Part shown: positions 31,542 to 42,202 of the stretch, piece after piece
How positions within the stretch are numbered: the first letter of the stretch is position 1
Layout: every line of letters begins with the position of its first letter
IMG/VR virus record: IMGVR_UViG_3300005617_000232
Location: 174 to 64,173 of that record
Source: a virus
Taxonomy: Duplodnaviria > Caudoviricetes
Reading direction: 5' to 3' (one strand)
DNA length: 64,000 nt
Notes under the pieces: generated by a model
Told to the model about the DNA's origin: nothing
The model's input: only the letters and a program-made list of their open reading frames with translations
Database searches by the model: none
Translations under genes and position numbers: made by a program

Positions 31542-33489
31542 ACCTCCCCCTCGATCTCAGCAGGCATCGGGCGGCATCCGCAGTACGTCGACACCTTTGA
31601 CCAGTCGCCCTCATCCACCTCGCGCCAGGAGCCGTACCAGTACGCCCCGGAGTGCCACGCGAACCTCCTGCCGCAATCGTCGCACGTCCACTGTTGCGGC
31701 CCATGCGGGAGTAGAACAGGTGCGCTCATGTCGCCTCCCCCTCGATCTCAGCGAACCAGGCCCGCAACGACGTGAGGCACGATCCGCAGATGTCTACGTT
31801 GGCCGCATGGAACGCCGGGCCGTGTGTGCCGTAGTCCTCCCGCTCGGGGATCAGCGGCGTCCATCCTTCGACGTTCCGCGCTGAGAGATCGGCTCCCTCA
31901 AGAAGCCCCTCGGCTGTTCCGACCTTCGGGCGTCCAGACGGTATCTCCTTGCCGCACCGGTCGCAGCGGTACACCGCGACCCGCGCCTCGGCAGGACGTA
32001 CCTCGATGCTTCTCACGTCGCCTCCTCCCCCTCGATCTCAGCCAGGCAATGCCGGGCGATCTTGTGCTGTACGGGACGTTTTCTCTCGGGAAGAGCGCAG
32101 CCGATCTGTTCGATCTCCCGCAGCGCCGCGAGCGCCTTGTCGAGACGGCCATGCTCATCCAGCCAACGCATCTGCTGTTCGGCAGCCTCGTCGCGAAAGC
32201 CGTCCCCCTCAGCCTTCACCCGTTCCACTTCCGCGCGCTCGCGCTTGAAGCCCTCATCGCACTTGAGCAGCGCAGCCTTCACCCGCTCTAGCTCGGCCTC
32301 GGCTACCTCGGCGCGATTCTTCCATCCCGCCCTTATCGGTTGCATCTGCTCACTTATACGCAGCCGCTCTAGCTCGGCAGCGAGGGAGTCGAGGGCGGCT
32401 AGCGCCTCCTCCTGCGTAATCGTGCGTCCGTCATCGAAGTCCAGCGTCACCTTTGCCCCGCGAGCCACCCACGGCCGCACCGTCGCCAGCAGCGCCTCTG
32501 TATCCGCGCTCACGCGGTATGCTTCTCCCCGACGCCTGAACTCGGAGCCTTCTCCGCTAGTAGGGTTGTCGCTCGCAAGCGGCCCTTCGGGGTCGTTTGT
32601 TTGTTCTGTGTCCGCGCTCACGACAGCGCCTCGCGCTTCGCGTCTCGGTAGCGCTCACCAATCGCGGTTGCCGCCTCTAACCGCTTCCGAGCTTCGGCTT
32701 CCCGTTCTACTCGCTCTAGTTCGTCCCACACGTGCTGCACCGCCGCATCGAAGCGCGGCTCGTCCGGCCCCACTTCGCGGATGTACATGAGGTCGCGCTT
32801 CCAGGGCTTCACGATTCCTCCTTCTCGCGGTGCGCATCACAGAGGCGGCACTCGCCGGGATCATGCAGCGGAAGATGGCGCACACTCATAGCCAGGTCGA
32901 GCGACTCTTTGAAGTCAGGCTCCTCGTTGGCGCGCTGCGCCATTCGCCACAGCGTGATGTCCTTAGGCTCGCTCACGACAGCGCCTCATCGAGAGCAGCG
33001 AGGGCGGCCGATGCTCCCTCCTTACAACGGTCGCAGCCGATAGAGCACACCGCCGCTTGGTGAGCCGCCTCCACCACCGCCACGATCTGCGGGAGGGCGT
33101 CCTGGAGCGCCGCGATGTCGTTGTCGCGCCACTCGTTGCCCAGCCCCTTCAGCTTCTCCGATGCGCTCACAGCCAGCGCCTCTCGCTCGGCAGCCAGAGC
33201 AGCAGGTGCCAGTCGCCGCAGTGGTTCTCCTGGCGACCGGCGAACGCCATGAGGGGGAGCAACTTCAACAGCATGAGCAGCACCGCCACCCAGAACGGAA
33301 TCACTCGGCCGACTCCCAGTAGTCCTCGGCCAGAGGTGCTGGCTCGGGCCAACCCTTCTCGATGGCGGCCTTGCCGACCTCGCGGAACGCAGCGACCGAC
33401 TCATCGCTGAGCGGCTCGTCATGGTTCACGTCGATGTATGCATCGTCGTCACCCGTCTTCTCGGGGTCGATGTAGATGCGCGTTCTCAC
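31538..33489 (-). CDS. array of about 8 small hypothetical genes (31538-31729, 31726-32016, 32013-32621, 32618-32812, 32809-32976, 32973-33170, 33167-33304, 33301-33489)
   Basis: Chained 4-nt overlaps with SD sequences; several carry CxxC motifs. Confidence 0.6.
31543..32042 (-). repeat. 19-bp direct repeat x3 (GCTGAGATCGAGGGGGAGG) at gene junctions
   Basis: Exact copies at 31543-31561, 31734-31752 and 32024-32042. Confidence 0.92.
32497..32987 (-). repeat. two 18-bp junction repeat pairs
   Basis: GAGGCGCTGTCGTGAGCG exact at 32615-32632 and 32970-32987; CGTGAGCGCGGAYACAGA 17/18 at 32497-32514 and 32605-32622. Confidence 0.85.
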
Positions 33490-34013
33490 GAGGCCGTCCA
33501 CTCCCTCATGTCGAGGAGGTCGTAGAACCAGGGGCGCGTGGAGGTCTGCTCGATCTGCGTGCGGTAGCAGGAGAGTGCCGCGAGCTTGCGGGCGATGAAC
33601 TCCGGGCGATCGGGCGTCGACGGCGTGCCGTGCGAGCGCGTGCCCCTGGGCGAGTAGGTGCGGTAGCGGATGATGTCGATGTCCTGGAACACGGTCAGGC
33701 AGAGGCGGCCCACCAGGTTGTGCTCCTCGTGGCCGAACTCCTCCACGTCGGGGGCGATGACGCGAAGGTAGTCGTCGGCACCCGAGGGGTCGCGCAGGCC
33801 GATGAGGAACGCCTCGACCGTGTCCTCGGCCGCGCCCTTCGGCACCGGCATCTGGTGGAACGAGCAGCCGAGCCAGGTGGTCGCGTGCTCCAGTTCGACG
33901 TCGCGGCCCTCGTCGTACACGACCACGACGTGGGCGGCGTGGCGCTGCGCGAGGTAGCTCGCGAACAGCGTCTCGTCGTCGGCGTGCGGAGCGACGAGGA
34001 GGGTGCGCGTCAC
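33486..34013 (-). CDS. PIG-L/LmbE-family N-acetylsugar deacetylase
   Basis: VAPHADDETL (HxDD), GHEEH, KLAALSCYRTQ motifs. Confidence 0.88.
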   Translation of the reverse strand: MTRTLLVAPHADDETLFASYLAQRHAAHVVVVYDEGRDVELEHATTWLGCSFHQMPVPKGAAEDTVEAFLIGLRDPSGADDYLRVIAPDVEEFGHEEHNLVGRLCLTVFQDIDIIRYRTYSPRGTRSHGTPSTPDRPEFIARKLAALSCYRTQIEQTSTRPWFYDLLDMREWTAS

Positions 34014-34270
34014 GTCACCTGCTCCCCGTCGAGGATGCGCTGCGCGTAGTGCGAGACGTCGTCCGGGGCACCGTAGGTCTTCACGCCACCGACGATGCCA
34101 ACGTAGGTCGCCGGGTACGTGCGGTTCGCGATGATCTCCAACGCCGAGCGGTAGCGGTCGCGCTCGCGGACCAACTCGTCCACCGCCGCGCTCGCCTTCG
34201 TCTCGACGCTGCCCCACCGATCCTGAAACGGCAGGGCGATGAAGTCACGCAGTGTCGCCTCGGCGCTCAC
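34010..34270 (-). CDS. hypothetical protein
   Basis: GTGA overlaps; 86 aa. Confidence 0.5.
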   Translation of the reverse strand: MSAEATLRDFIALPFQDRWGSVETKASAAVDELVRERDRYRSALEIIANRTYPATYVGIVGGVKTYGAPDDVSHYAQRILDGEQVT

Positions 34271-34515
34271 TTCTTCCTCCCCGGCTTCGGGTCGGGCTTG
34301 AAGTGGTCGCTCTCGGAGCGGGGCAGAGCGGCTTCACTCTGACGTCGTTCAACCCCGCCCCGCTCCAACAGCGTCCGGCTTCCCTCGATGGACCCGGCCA
34401 GGTGCCGGTCGAGGCTGTCGAGGGCGAGTTGCCTGATCTTCGCGTCCGGCTCAAGCCCCTCGGCTTCGAGGGCGCGCCACTTGGCAGCGGGCACGTACAC
34501 GGCGACGGTCGGCAC
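34267..34515 (-). CDS. putative RHH-type regulator, leaderless
   Basis: TGGTATGCT-7-GTG; MPTVAVYVPAAKWRALEAEG...IRQLALDSL strand-helix-helix pattern. Confidence 0.5.
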   Translation of the reverse strand: MPTVAVYVPAAKWRALEAEGLEPDAKIRQLALDSLDRHLAGSIEGSRTLLERGGVERRQSEAALPRSESDHFKPDPKPGRKK

Positions 34516-34522
34516 GCGCGGG

Positions 34523-34552
34523 AGCATACCAGTAACTAGTGACTAATGACTA
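34523..34552 (-). promoter_or_regulatory. extended -10 promoter with AT-rich heptamer repeats (putative operator)
   Basis: Plus strand GTAACTA-GTGACTA-ATGACTA (34532-34552) next to -10 TATGCT (34523-34528). Confidence 0.65.
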
Positions 34553-35232
34553 GCCCCTCTACGCCAGAGCGGCTGCCTCGACTTGAACAGCGCGTGGTCC
34601 TCCCGGTAGCGGCGCTGGCCCCGCTGGTACGTGGCGTCGTCGGTGCCCTTGCGCATGCCCTGGTCGTCGCGCCAGATGTGGTGCAGGTGCTCGACGTGGG
34701 AGCGCCGGGCCGAGAAGTACGCGCGGCGGGCCTTCGCGGTCTCGATGAGTTCGTTGTCGACCCAGCAGTGCCAGTAGCCCTCGTGCAGCGCCTTGCCCGG
34801 CTCGTCGATCGTGCCGTGCTGCTCGATGTACTCGCGCGAGATCAGGGAGTGCGTGGAGTGCATCCCGCGCTTCACCAGCGGGTTGCCCAGGTCGTTGGTG
34901 CCGGTGACGCCAGGGAGCCGCTGAGCGATCTCCAGGGCCTCCTCGTCCCAGCCTGGGTGGAAGCGCAGGTCGTCGCCGCCCTGGAACACGTAGGGCGCGT
35001 TCGTGCACAGGACGCCGTAGTTGATCTTGCGCGCGTAGTCGCCACCCTCCAGGAGGAAGGGAACGATGTGGTAGGCAGCGTCCGTTCGCGAGCACGCGGC
35101 GATCTGCTCCGTGTCTCCGGACGTGCACAGGAACACGATCTCGGTGACCAGGGTGGATGCCTCGTGGATGGACTCGACCAGCGGGCCTGCGCGCTCGGGT
35201 CGATCGAGCACCGGGATGAGGACGGCGATCAC
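34543..35232 (-). CDS. glycosyltransferase family 2
   Basis: AVLIPVLDR, YARKINYG, FQGGDDL, HCWVDNEL, VEHLH motifs; GTGA overlap with the terminase stop. Confidence 0.85.
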   Translation of the reverse strand: MIAVLIPVLDRPERAGPLVESIHEASTLVTEIVFLCTSGDTEQIAACSRTDAAYHIVPFLLEGGDYARKINYGVLCTNAPYVFQGGDDLRFHPGWDEEALEIAQRLPGVTGTNDLGNPLVKRGMHSTHSLISREYIEQHGTIDEPGKALHEGYWHCWVDNELIETAKARRAYFSARRSHVEHLHHIWRDDQGMRKGTDDATYQRGQRRYREDHALFKSRQPLWRRGASH

Positions 35233-36875
35233 CCGCGCAGACCGGGCCGGTAGGACGTGTCGCGCTCGCCCGAAGGTGCGCGGAAGCGCGGCGGCTGGGC
35301 CTGGCCCGACGGCACGCTCATGGTCACCCCGCCGGTCTTGTTGCGCGACCAGATCACCATGCTCGACCACGCGTCCACCTGGTCGTCGTGGCTGCCCATG
35401 TTGAACACCGCAAGCTCCTCGATGAACGCCTGCACGCGGGCAGGGGTGCGCGGGTCGTAGTCGGTGCCTTCGTCGTTCATGTAGCCCGGCAGGAAGCAGT
35501 TGTGGCCCACCAGCGCAGGCTCGGCGGACTCGGCGCGGACCTCCTTCGACCCCTTCGCTTGACCCAGCACCACGCCCTGCACGCGCGAGCGAACGGAAGC
35601 GGCGGCGTCGGGACCGTTGGCCGTGTTCTCGATGAGCACGAACTGCGGGACGTCGGGCCATAGCGCCGACGACCAGATCGACAGTTCCAGCATGGCCTCA
35701 ATGGTGGCGTTCAGCGCCGCGCGCTCGTGGTACAGGCGCAGCAGGTAGCGGTGCGCGCCCTTGCATCCCCACACCTGCCCGGCCACGAAGTCGGAGTGAT
35801 CGCGGTCCTTCACGGACGTGTCCCAGGAGTGGACGATCAGGTCGAACAGCCCGACCCGCGACGCCAGTTCCGTCACCTGCTCAGGGCCGAACACCTCGCG
35901 CGGGGAGTAGTAGGACAACTCGGGCGGGTAGTAGCGCCAGTCCGCGCGCTTCAGCAGGTTGCCCTCCCGTGGGGCAGGGCGTTGCTGCAACTGCCCGGCG
36001 ATCGTGTACTCGCTTCCCATGTCGGCCTTCAGGCGCGCCATCTCCTTCGCCCCGAAGCGCTCGGGCCACAGCAACTCCCCGGGCTTGGAGCGCTTGTCCT
36101 GCGGCCACACGAACGGATGCTTCGGCTCGTACTCGGCCGGAAGGCACAGGTGGTCCCAGCCGCCGCGCTCCAGTAGGTGGCCGGTCAGGTCCTGCTCGTG
36201 CAGGCGCTGCATGATGATCACCTCGATGCCGGTGGCCGGATCGTTGAAGCGCGATGAGATGACCGAGTCGTGCCAGTTCAGCACCTTGCCGCGCAGCGCG
36301 TCGGAGGTCACCTCGTCGGCCTTGTGCGGGTCGTCGATGATCACGATGTCGCCGCCCTCGCCGGTCGCCGTGCCGCCTACCGACGTCGCGATGCGGTAGC
36401 CGGTGCGGTCGTTCTCGTAGCGCGTCTTCTGGTTCTGGTCGCCGGTGAGCGCGAACACGTCCGAGAAGCGCGACAGGAACCACCCTGACTGGATGAGCCG
36501 CCTGGACTTGACTGCATCCCTGGTCGCCAGATCGTCGCCGTAGGAGGCCGTCAGGAAGCGCATGGAGGGCTTGGTCGTCCACAGCCACACCGGCCAGAAC
36601 ACGCTGACCGCGAGCGACTTCATGTGCCGCGGCGGGATGTTGACGATCAGGCGCTGCACCTCGCCCTCAGCGCAGTCCTCCAACTTCTCGGCGATGGCAT
36701 CGACGTGCCAGCCCTGGGAGTACTCGGTCGTCGGCTCGATGACCGACCACGCGCCCCGGATGAACGCGCGGAAGTCGCCGCTCAGGCGCTCGGCCTCCTC
36801 GGCCAGCATCTCCCCGTTCTTACGCCGCTCGATGGCGGCGTCGATCTCCGTGAGGGCTTCCGCGTAGGTGGTCAC
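35229..36875 (-). CDS. terL: terminase large subunit
   Basis: Walker A PPRHMKS, Walker B IVIIDDP, IMQRLH, nuclease HSWDTS and HDDQVDA. Confidence 0.95.
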   Translation of the reverse strand: MTTYAEALTEIDAAIERRKNGEMLAEEAERLSGDFRAFIRGAWSVIEPTTEYSQGWHVDAIAEKLEDCAEGEVQRLIVNIPPRHMKSLAVSVFWPVWLWTTKPSMRFLTASYGDDLATRDAVKSRRLIQSGWFLSRFSDVFALTGDQNQKTRYENDRTGYRIATSVGGTATGEGGDIVIIDDPHKADEVTSDALRGKVLNWHDSVISSRFNDPATGIEVIIMQRLHEQDLTGHLLERGGWDHLCLPAEYEPKHPFVWPQDKRSKPGELLWPERFGAKEMARLKADMGSEYTIAGQLQQRPAPREGNLLKRADWRYYPPELSYYSPREVFGPEQVTELASRVGLFDLIVHSWDTSVKDRDHSDFVAGQVWGCKGAHRYLLRLYHERAALNATIEAMLELSIWSSALWPDVPQFVLIENTANGPDAAASVRSRVQGVVLGQAKGSKEVRAESAEPALVGHNCFLPGYMNDEGTDYDPRTPARVQAFIEELAVFNMGSHDDQVDAWSSMVIWSRNKTGGVTMSVPSGQAQPPRFRAPSGERDTSYRPGLRG

Positions 36876-37420
36876 GCGTTCAACTCACGGCGGGGAGGCT
36901 GGTCGATCACCTCCACGGCCGCCAGCTTCGAGAGCGCCTCGCGCACTGCCACCAGTTCGTCGAGCGGCAGATCGTCGAGGCGGGAGGCGTCGAGGACCAG
37001 CGCGTGCTCGATCTTGCCCTCGTGCTTGACCCGGTCGCGGCGCAGGTGCGCGTAGGCCGGGCCTCCGTGGGTCGCCAGCTCGACCTCCAGGATGCGCGCG
37101 TTGACTTCCCCCGGGTTGGTGCGCAGCGCGATGACCCGCGCCGCCGCACGCAGGCGCTCGGCGTAGTGCTCGCGGCCCTCGGCCTGCGCTGCCTCGATGG
37201 CCTGCTGGAACTCAGGCTCCCGAGCAGCGAACATGCGGATGCGCGACGCAGTGGTGTCAATCTGCCTCGCCGCCAGGTCGAGGCCGATGCCCTGGCGCAG
37301 CGCGTCCAGGTATGCCTCGCGCTGGGCCTCGTTGTGCACGTCGGCGAACAGGGGCACGGGGGTGTGCCCGTCGTAACCGACCGGGCGCTCTACGTCGGTG
37401 GGTGCTTTCCTCGCGCGCAC
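36872..37420 (-). CDS. terminase small subunit-like
   Basis: HTH-like N-terminal half (YLDALRQG..LDLAARQI); immediately upstream of terL. Confidence 0.7.
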   Translation of the reverse strand: MRARKAPTDVERPVGYDGHTPVPLFADVHNEAQREAYLDALRQGIGLDLAARQIDTTASRIRMFAAREPEFQQAIEAAQAEGREHYAERLRAAARVIALRTNPGEVNARILEVELATHGGPAYAHLRRDRVKHEGKIEHALVLDASRLDDLPLDELVAVREALSKLAAVEVIDQPPRRELNA

Positions 37421-37458
37421 GCGTGCGAGGGAGCGTAGCGCGAGGGCTGGTGGAGGTG

Positions 37459-38467
37459 CTACTCCGGGCCGCTCGTATCTTGGTTCGAGTCGCCGCGCAG
37501 GCTCAGCCCGAACGCATTAGCCTCGGGCGGGAAGGGTGGCAGCGGCGGGTTGTGGTCATCACAGTAGAACGCGAGCATCCCGCCCAGACCCACGAGGTAC
37601 ATGCGCGTGTTGCGCGACAGACAGCCCGGATGGTCACACCGGACGTTCTCGGCAACGTTGCTCACGTCGGCCTCGAAGCTGGAAACGACGCTTCCTTCTG
37701 AGACTCAACACGGCGGCGAATCCACTTGAAGCCCGTGTGGTACTCCTCCAGCCGCTCACACTCACGATCGATCCAGTCGAGCAGCGTGGTCATATCGGTG
37801 ATCAGTTCCAGGTGTCGCGTCTCGCGTTCGTCAGCGGCCTCCAACTGCTCTTCGAGGTCGAGTAGCGTCTGCGCGACTAGCTGGACGTTCTCCCGCGAGT
37901 GAAGGGTCATCGGCGTTCGGAGGAACGTCTTGGCGAGGTCAGACGCGCTCAGTTCCGTATGTGGTCTGGAGCCCGTCATCGCCACGGCCCATTCGGGAAC
38001 ATGCGGAAGTAGCGGTTCCAGATCGCGGTGTAGCGCTCAGGCGTGATCTCGCGGCGGAGCATGCGAGCGAGGAGGTTGGGCCTCGTGCTTGGTTTCGAGG
38101 TCACGGTTTTTCTTCCAACGGTTGGTTAGCCCACGACTTCCACAGCGAGGACGTAGAGGGGTAGTCGGACGCCGGACGCCTCATGCGCCACCACTCCAGC
38201 TTCAGCAGGCGCTCACAGACGGCTGTGATCTCGTCCGCACTCAGGTCGCCCTCGTCTCCTAGCCACCGCTCGGCTAGGTCAACACAGTCCGGTTCCTTAG
38301 ACACGCTGGATTCACCCACGCGGCAGCACCGCCTTGAGCGCCTTGCGAAGCTCACGCGCGAAAGGCATCTTCCGCTTACGAAGCGCGTCGCGCAGCGCCG
38401 CGATCTCGGCGTCGGTCAGCAGGACGTAGGTGAGGTCGGCCTCGCCGTTGCTGCGGAGCACCTTCAC
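37459..38467 (-). CDS. cluster of about 5 small hypothetical genes
   Basis: 37459-37665, 37662-~37985, 37976-38104, 38101-~38315, 38312-38467; overlapping chain. Confidence 0.5.
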
Positions 38468-39303
38468 GGGTACCTCGTCACGGCCGCGACGCCGAACAGC
38501 GAGTGCATCCACTCGGACACCTTGCGGCCCCAGCACGCCGAGCACGCGGCGTACCCGGTGAACGAGTACGGCGTCGAGTGGCCGGGCCAGCGGCCCGCGA
38601 GGAAGCGCGCGTAGAACGCGATGGCCTGCGGCCACCCGACTGAATCCGGCACCTCACCCTTCGGGCCATCCCAATCTGGGACATGCCAGCCGCTCCCGCA
38701 CGAGGATAGGCCCCACACGTTGAAGCGGTTGTTGGAGCACGCCGCTGCGCCCAGGGAGGACTCCGTCGCGGCGGCTGCGGCCATGAAGTAGGGGCTGACC
38801 CCGTACCGGCGGCCCCAGCGCTCCAGGATGGCTCCTGTGCCCGCCATAGGCGTGCCTGACAGGCCACGGTTGAGGCGTGCGACCACCTGGCCGACTGAAC
38901 GCTGCCAGCGGCTTAGAGCGGCTCCTGCGGCCTTCGCGCGTGCCTGCCACTCCTCTGCGGCGAAGCGTGCCCACCGGCACGTCTTGCCGCGCACGATCGG
39001 AGTGCGGTCGGCCAACTGCCCGCCGCGGTTCACCTGCCGCTCCCAGGTCAGGGTCCGGTAATGAACGACAGCGCGGCGGGCAGACTTGCAGCGCTCGCCG
39101 TAGACGACGAACGCCGCGGAGCCGATGGAGTAGCCGGGCGCAGCGGCACGGATTGGTGCTGCCCCAGGGGAGGGGGTCCGTGCCCGGCCTGCGGCAGCCG
39201 ACGCCTCGGGGGAAGCGGAGGCGGCTGCGCCCGAACTTGTGGTCGCCCAGATGAGGGTGGCGATGAGGGCGACGAGATAACCAGAGACGACGATTATTGC
39301 CAT
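38464..39303 (-). CDS. membrane-anchored or secreted lysozyme-fold peptidoglycan hydrolase (glucosaminidase/SLT-like)
   Basis: N-terminal hydrophobic helix; YGVSPYFMAAAAATESSLG...NVWGL catalytic-Glu motif. Confidence 0.7.
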   Translation of the reverse strand: MAIIVVSGYLVALIATLIWATTSSGAAASASPEASAAAGRARTPSPGAAPIRAAAPGYSIGSAAFVVYGERCKSARRAVVHYRTLTWERQVNRGGQLADRTPIVRGKTCRWARFAAEEWQARAKAAGAALSRWQRSVGQVVARLNRGLSGTPMAGTGAILERWGRRYGVSPYFMAAAAATESSLGAAACSNNRFNVWGLSSCGSGWHVPDWDGPKGEVPDSVGWPQAIAFYARFLAGRWPGHSTPYSFTGYAACSACWGRKVSEWMHSLFGVAAVTRYP

Positions 39304-41796
39304 TCGAGTTGAGATGACCCTCTCTCCTCCGTGCGCTTCGCCCGCGCGATTGCCCGGGCCTGGTCGCGCCGCACGCGCTCGTCGTGAGCGAGCCATAGGT
39401 CGGCTATTGCGGCGATCACGGTGAAGACGGCGAGGATGCCGACGATGTAGATGACGAACGTGGTGACAGGATCGAACACCATCAGGTTCCCTCCTTCTCC
39501 GCGCGGGGCGACGCTAACACGCTGCGAGGACGGTCCCAACCGTTGGCGTGTGCCAGCGCCTTCGCGCAGTGGTCGTGGGTGTACGTGCCGTCGGTGTTTC
39601 GATGGTGCTCGGCGCACTCCTTCCCGCAGTTCACGCAGGGGCGCTTTACCTCGGTCACAGCTTCTCAGCCCACTCCAGGGCGAGGGCCGCGCACCGGCGG
39701 GCCTCCTCCACGTCGCCCTCCTGGATTGCCATCTGCGCGAGGAACGAGTAGCCCTCGGCCATGTCGGTCGCGCGGTGGGCTTCGTCGCGCCACTGGTCGA
39801 GCCGCGTCCTGAGCGCTGCATCGGTGGGTGCGTCGACCTCCGTCATCGTCGCCGGATCGCCACGTCGTAGGGCTTCTCGATGACGGTCGAGTTGCGCTCG
39901 ATGATGGCGGCGTACTCCGGGTTGGCCTTCGCCGCCCGCGTCGCCTCGACGGCGGCCACGCGGTAGCTCACCGTCTCGACCACGATCTCGGAGACGCGCT
40001 CGTCGGGCATCCCCGCAGCGAGCAACTCGTCGCGGATGGCCTCGGCGTCGTATGCCTTCTCGGGGCCGCCGCGGATCTCGGCCTTGCGACCGCCGCCGAC
40101 CGAGAACGTCTTCGCGGTGCCGCCCTTCTGCCAGTAGCGCACGAGGGAGTCGGAGAGTACGCGCTTGACTTCGCGCCAGCGCCCCTCGATCTCGCGGATG
40201 TCCTGGAGCGCGAGCGCGACCTCGCGCGGCTCGTTCAGGTTCACCACGGTGCCGGTGCCGGGCACGACCAGCGCCTCGGACTCGCGTACCTCGATGTCGG
40301 TCATGTCGCCTCCCGTATGGCTGCTTCGGTGAGCCTGTACTCAGGCACGCCGTGAATCCATCGCTCGCGGACGACCAGGCCCTCGCGTTCCATGTTCGCC
40401 AGGAGACGACCGCCGGTGCGGCGGTAGGCGTGCTGGCGACCAGTCGACGGGTTCCACGAGGTGTTCTTCTTCTCCGTGTAGTACTGGACGAAGGTGCCAC
40501 CTCTGATCCCGGTGCGGATGCCTCGCGCGAGGAGCCAGCGCACCGCGTCTTGCTGCGCGACCGTCACTGCATCTCCCTCTGCTTGGCCTCCCGCCCGCGG
40601 CGGTAGCTGGTCAGGTACTCAGGCTCGTCGGACTGCTTCTCCGCGCCCTCGCGACCGTGACGGAAGCCGTCCTCGCGCAGGCGTACCCGCCTGGACGTCT
40701 CCGCGCTTCCCACGATCTTCGGGGCTACTCCTCGGGGCATGTGGTCTCCTTCATCGTCTCGGGCCGTTCGTCGCGATGAGCGCGAACAGCGGGATGCCGA
40801 TCAGACAGACGACCGCGGCGGCGATCGTGGTGATCATCGTCCTCACTCCTTCCCCTCGGGTCGGTGGGGGTTCGGCTGGAAGTCGTACTCGGGGTCGCAG
40901 AGCGCGCAGGTGGCCGGATCGTGCGTCTGGTCCTTGCGGCGGTCGCAGTGGCGGCACCTGCCCGCCCCGTTGCACTCGAAGGGGTGGAAGTTCTCGGCGG
41001 GGTCGACGTGGGCGGTCATCGGCAGGTGCAGTCGAGGTAGCGGGTGAGCACCACCGGGCCGCAGCGCACGCTCCACTTGACGCCCTGCGCGTACTGGCGC
41101 GAGGGGTGGAGCGTGTTGCGCTGCACGAGCCGGACGCGGGGGATTCGGTGCTGGCGGCCGAAGCCCCAGTCGAGGAACCACCAGCGCCAGGTGTATCGAG
41201 GGAGCAGGCGGACGTTCATGCCGCCACCGCTGCGAATGCAGCCTCGGCCTCGTCGCAGCCCGTCCAGTCGGTGTAGCCGTCCGTGTCCCAGTCGCGCCGG
41301 AAGGCGGTGACGCGGCGGGTGCCGGTGACTGCGCCATCGCTCAGGCGCATCACGATCTGCACGTCGCTGCCGTCGGCCTTCGCGCCGTAGAGCGTAACCT
41401 CGGCGTAGCTCGGCAGGATCTCGACCTTGATGGGCGAGGCGGTCAGGCCAAACTCGCCGCTGTCGGTGAGGGAGAGCAGTGCGGTGACTGCGCGCCCGAT
41501 GCGCTCGTTCATGGGCGTCGCGGCCGACAGCTTGCGGCCGAGGCGATCAGTTGTGCGCGGGTTGAGCGGCGCGCTGGATGTGTGAGTCATGACGCCTCCT
41601 TTAGCACCTTCGCGTTGCGCTCGGCGAGGCAGGCGGGGTGCCACTTGGTGTGCTTCAGGGTGAAGTCCTGCAACGAGGGCTTGCCGGGCACCGGCATCTC
41701 GAAGGGCACCTGAGTGCCGTCCGTGATCTGGCTCTTGCAGCCCGCGCATGGGGGGTTCTGCGTAGCGGTCATGGTGTCTCCTGTCGTGGACTTCAT
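39294..41796 (-). CDS. operon of about 10 small hypothetical genes
   Basis: Examples: 39294-39484, 39481-39658, 39655-39846, 39843-40304, 40301-40567, 40564-40740, 41016-41219, 41216-41590, 41587-41796; SD and overlap chain below the 41836 promoter. Confidence 0.55.
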
Positions 41797-41836
41797 GGCA
41801 CTAGGGACTCTAGCAGACCCCGCGGGATGGAGTCAA
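41786..41836 (-). promoter_or_regulatory. promoter plus conserved 16-bp element
   Basis: TTGACT-18-TAGAGT-5-GTGCCATGAAGTCCAC. Confidence 0.88.
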
Positions 41837-41840
41837 GCGC

Positions 41841-42161
41841 CTACGCGGCTTGGTTCAGGCGGCGCTCGCACGCCTCGCGGGCACCGGGGTAGCGGTGCGC
41901 TCCGGGGCCGTGCGGGCAGCGGCGGCGGCCGAGCACGCGGTCGGCTCGCTCGCGCAGGCGGCGCAGGAAGGCTTCGATGACCGGGTGGTGCCCCGCGCAC
42001 GCCTCGTAGGTGCGCGAGTACGGGTCGTCGGGGTCTACGTGGTGGCGGTGGATGCGTCCCGAGCAGGGGCCTGCGGCGGCGTCAAAGAGATACGCGGCGG
42101 CGCACACGCCGTCGCGCGGAAGGTCACGCCAGGCGCGGGTGTTGTAGACCTCGGTATGCAC
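41841..42161 (-). CDS. HNH-like endonuclease
   Basis: YNTRAWR..C...C...HRHH...ACAGHH pattern. Confidence 0.55.
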   Translation of the reverse strand: MHTEVYNTRAWRDLPRDGVCAAAYLFDAAAGPCSGRIHRHHVDPDDPYSRTYEACAGHHPVIEAFLRRLRERADRVLGRRRCPHGPGAHRYPGAREACERRLNQAA

Positions 42162-42202
42162 GGGACATCACTGCCCCGAATCGTACCCCGTATTACGGAT
42201 GC

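Noticed and set aside
31543-32042. 19-bp triple repeat as a CRISPR or mini-CRISPR array
   Set aside because: Spacers are 172 and 271 bp, unequal and protein-coding; the repeat contains an SD and is not palindromic; no cas genes.
27637-35232. Glycosyltransferases as DNA hypermodification enzymes
   Set aside because: No hydroxymethylase, TET/JBP or nucleotide kinase gene was seen to supply an acceptor base, and the genes lie in structural operons. Disfavoured, not strictly excluded.
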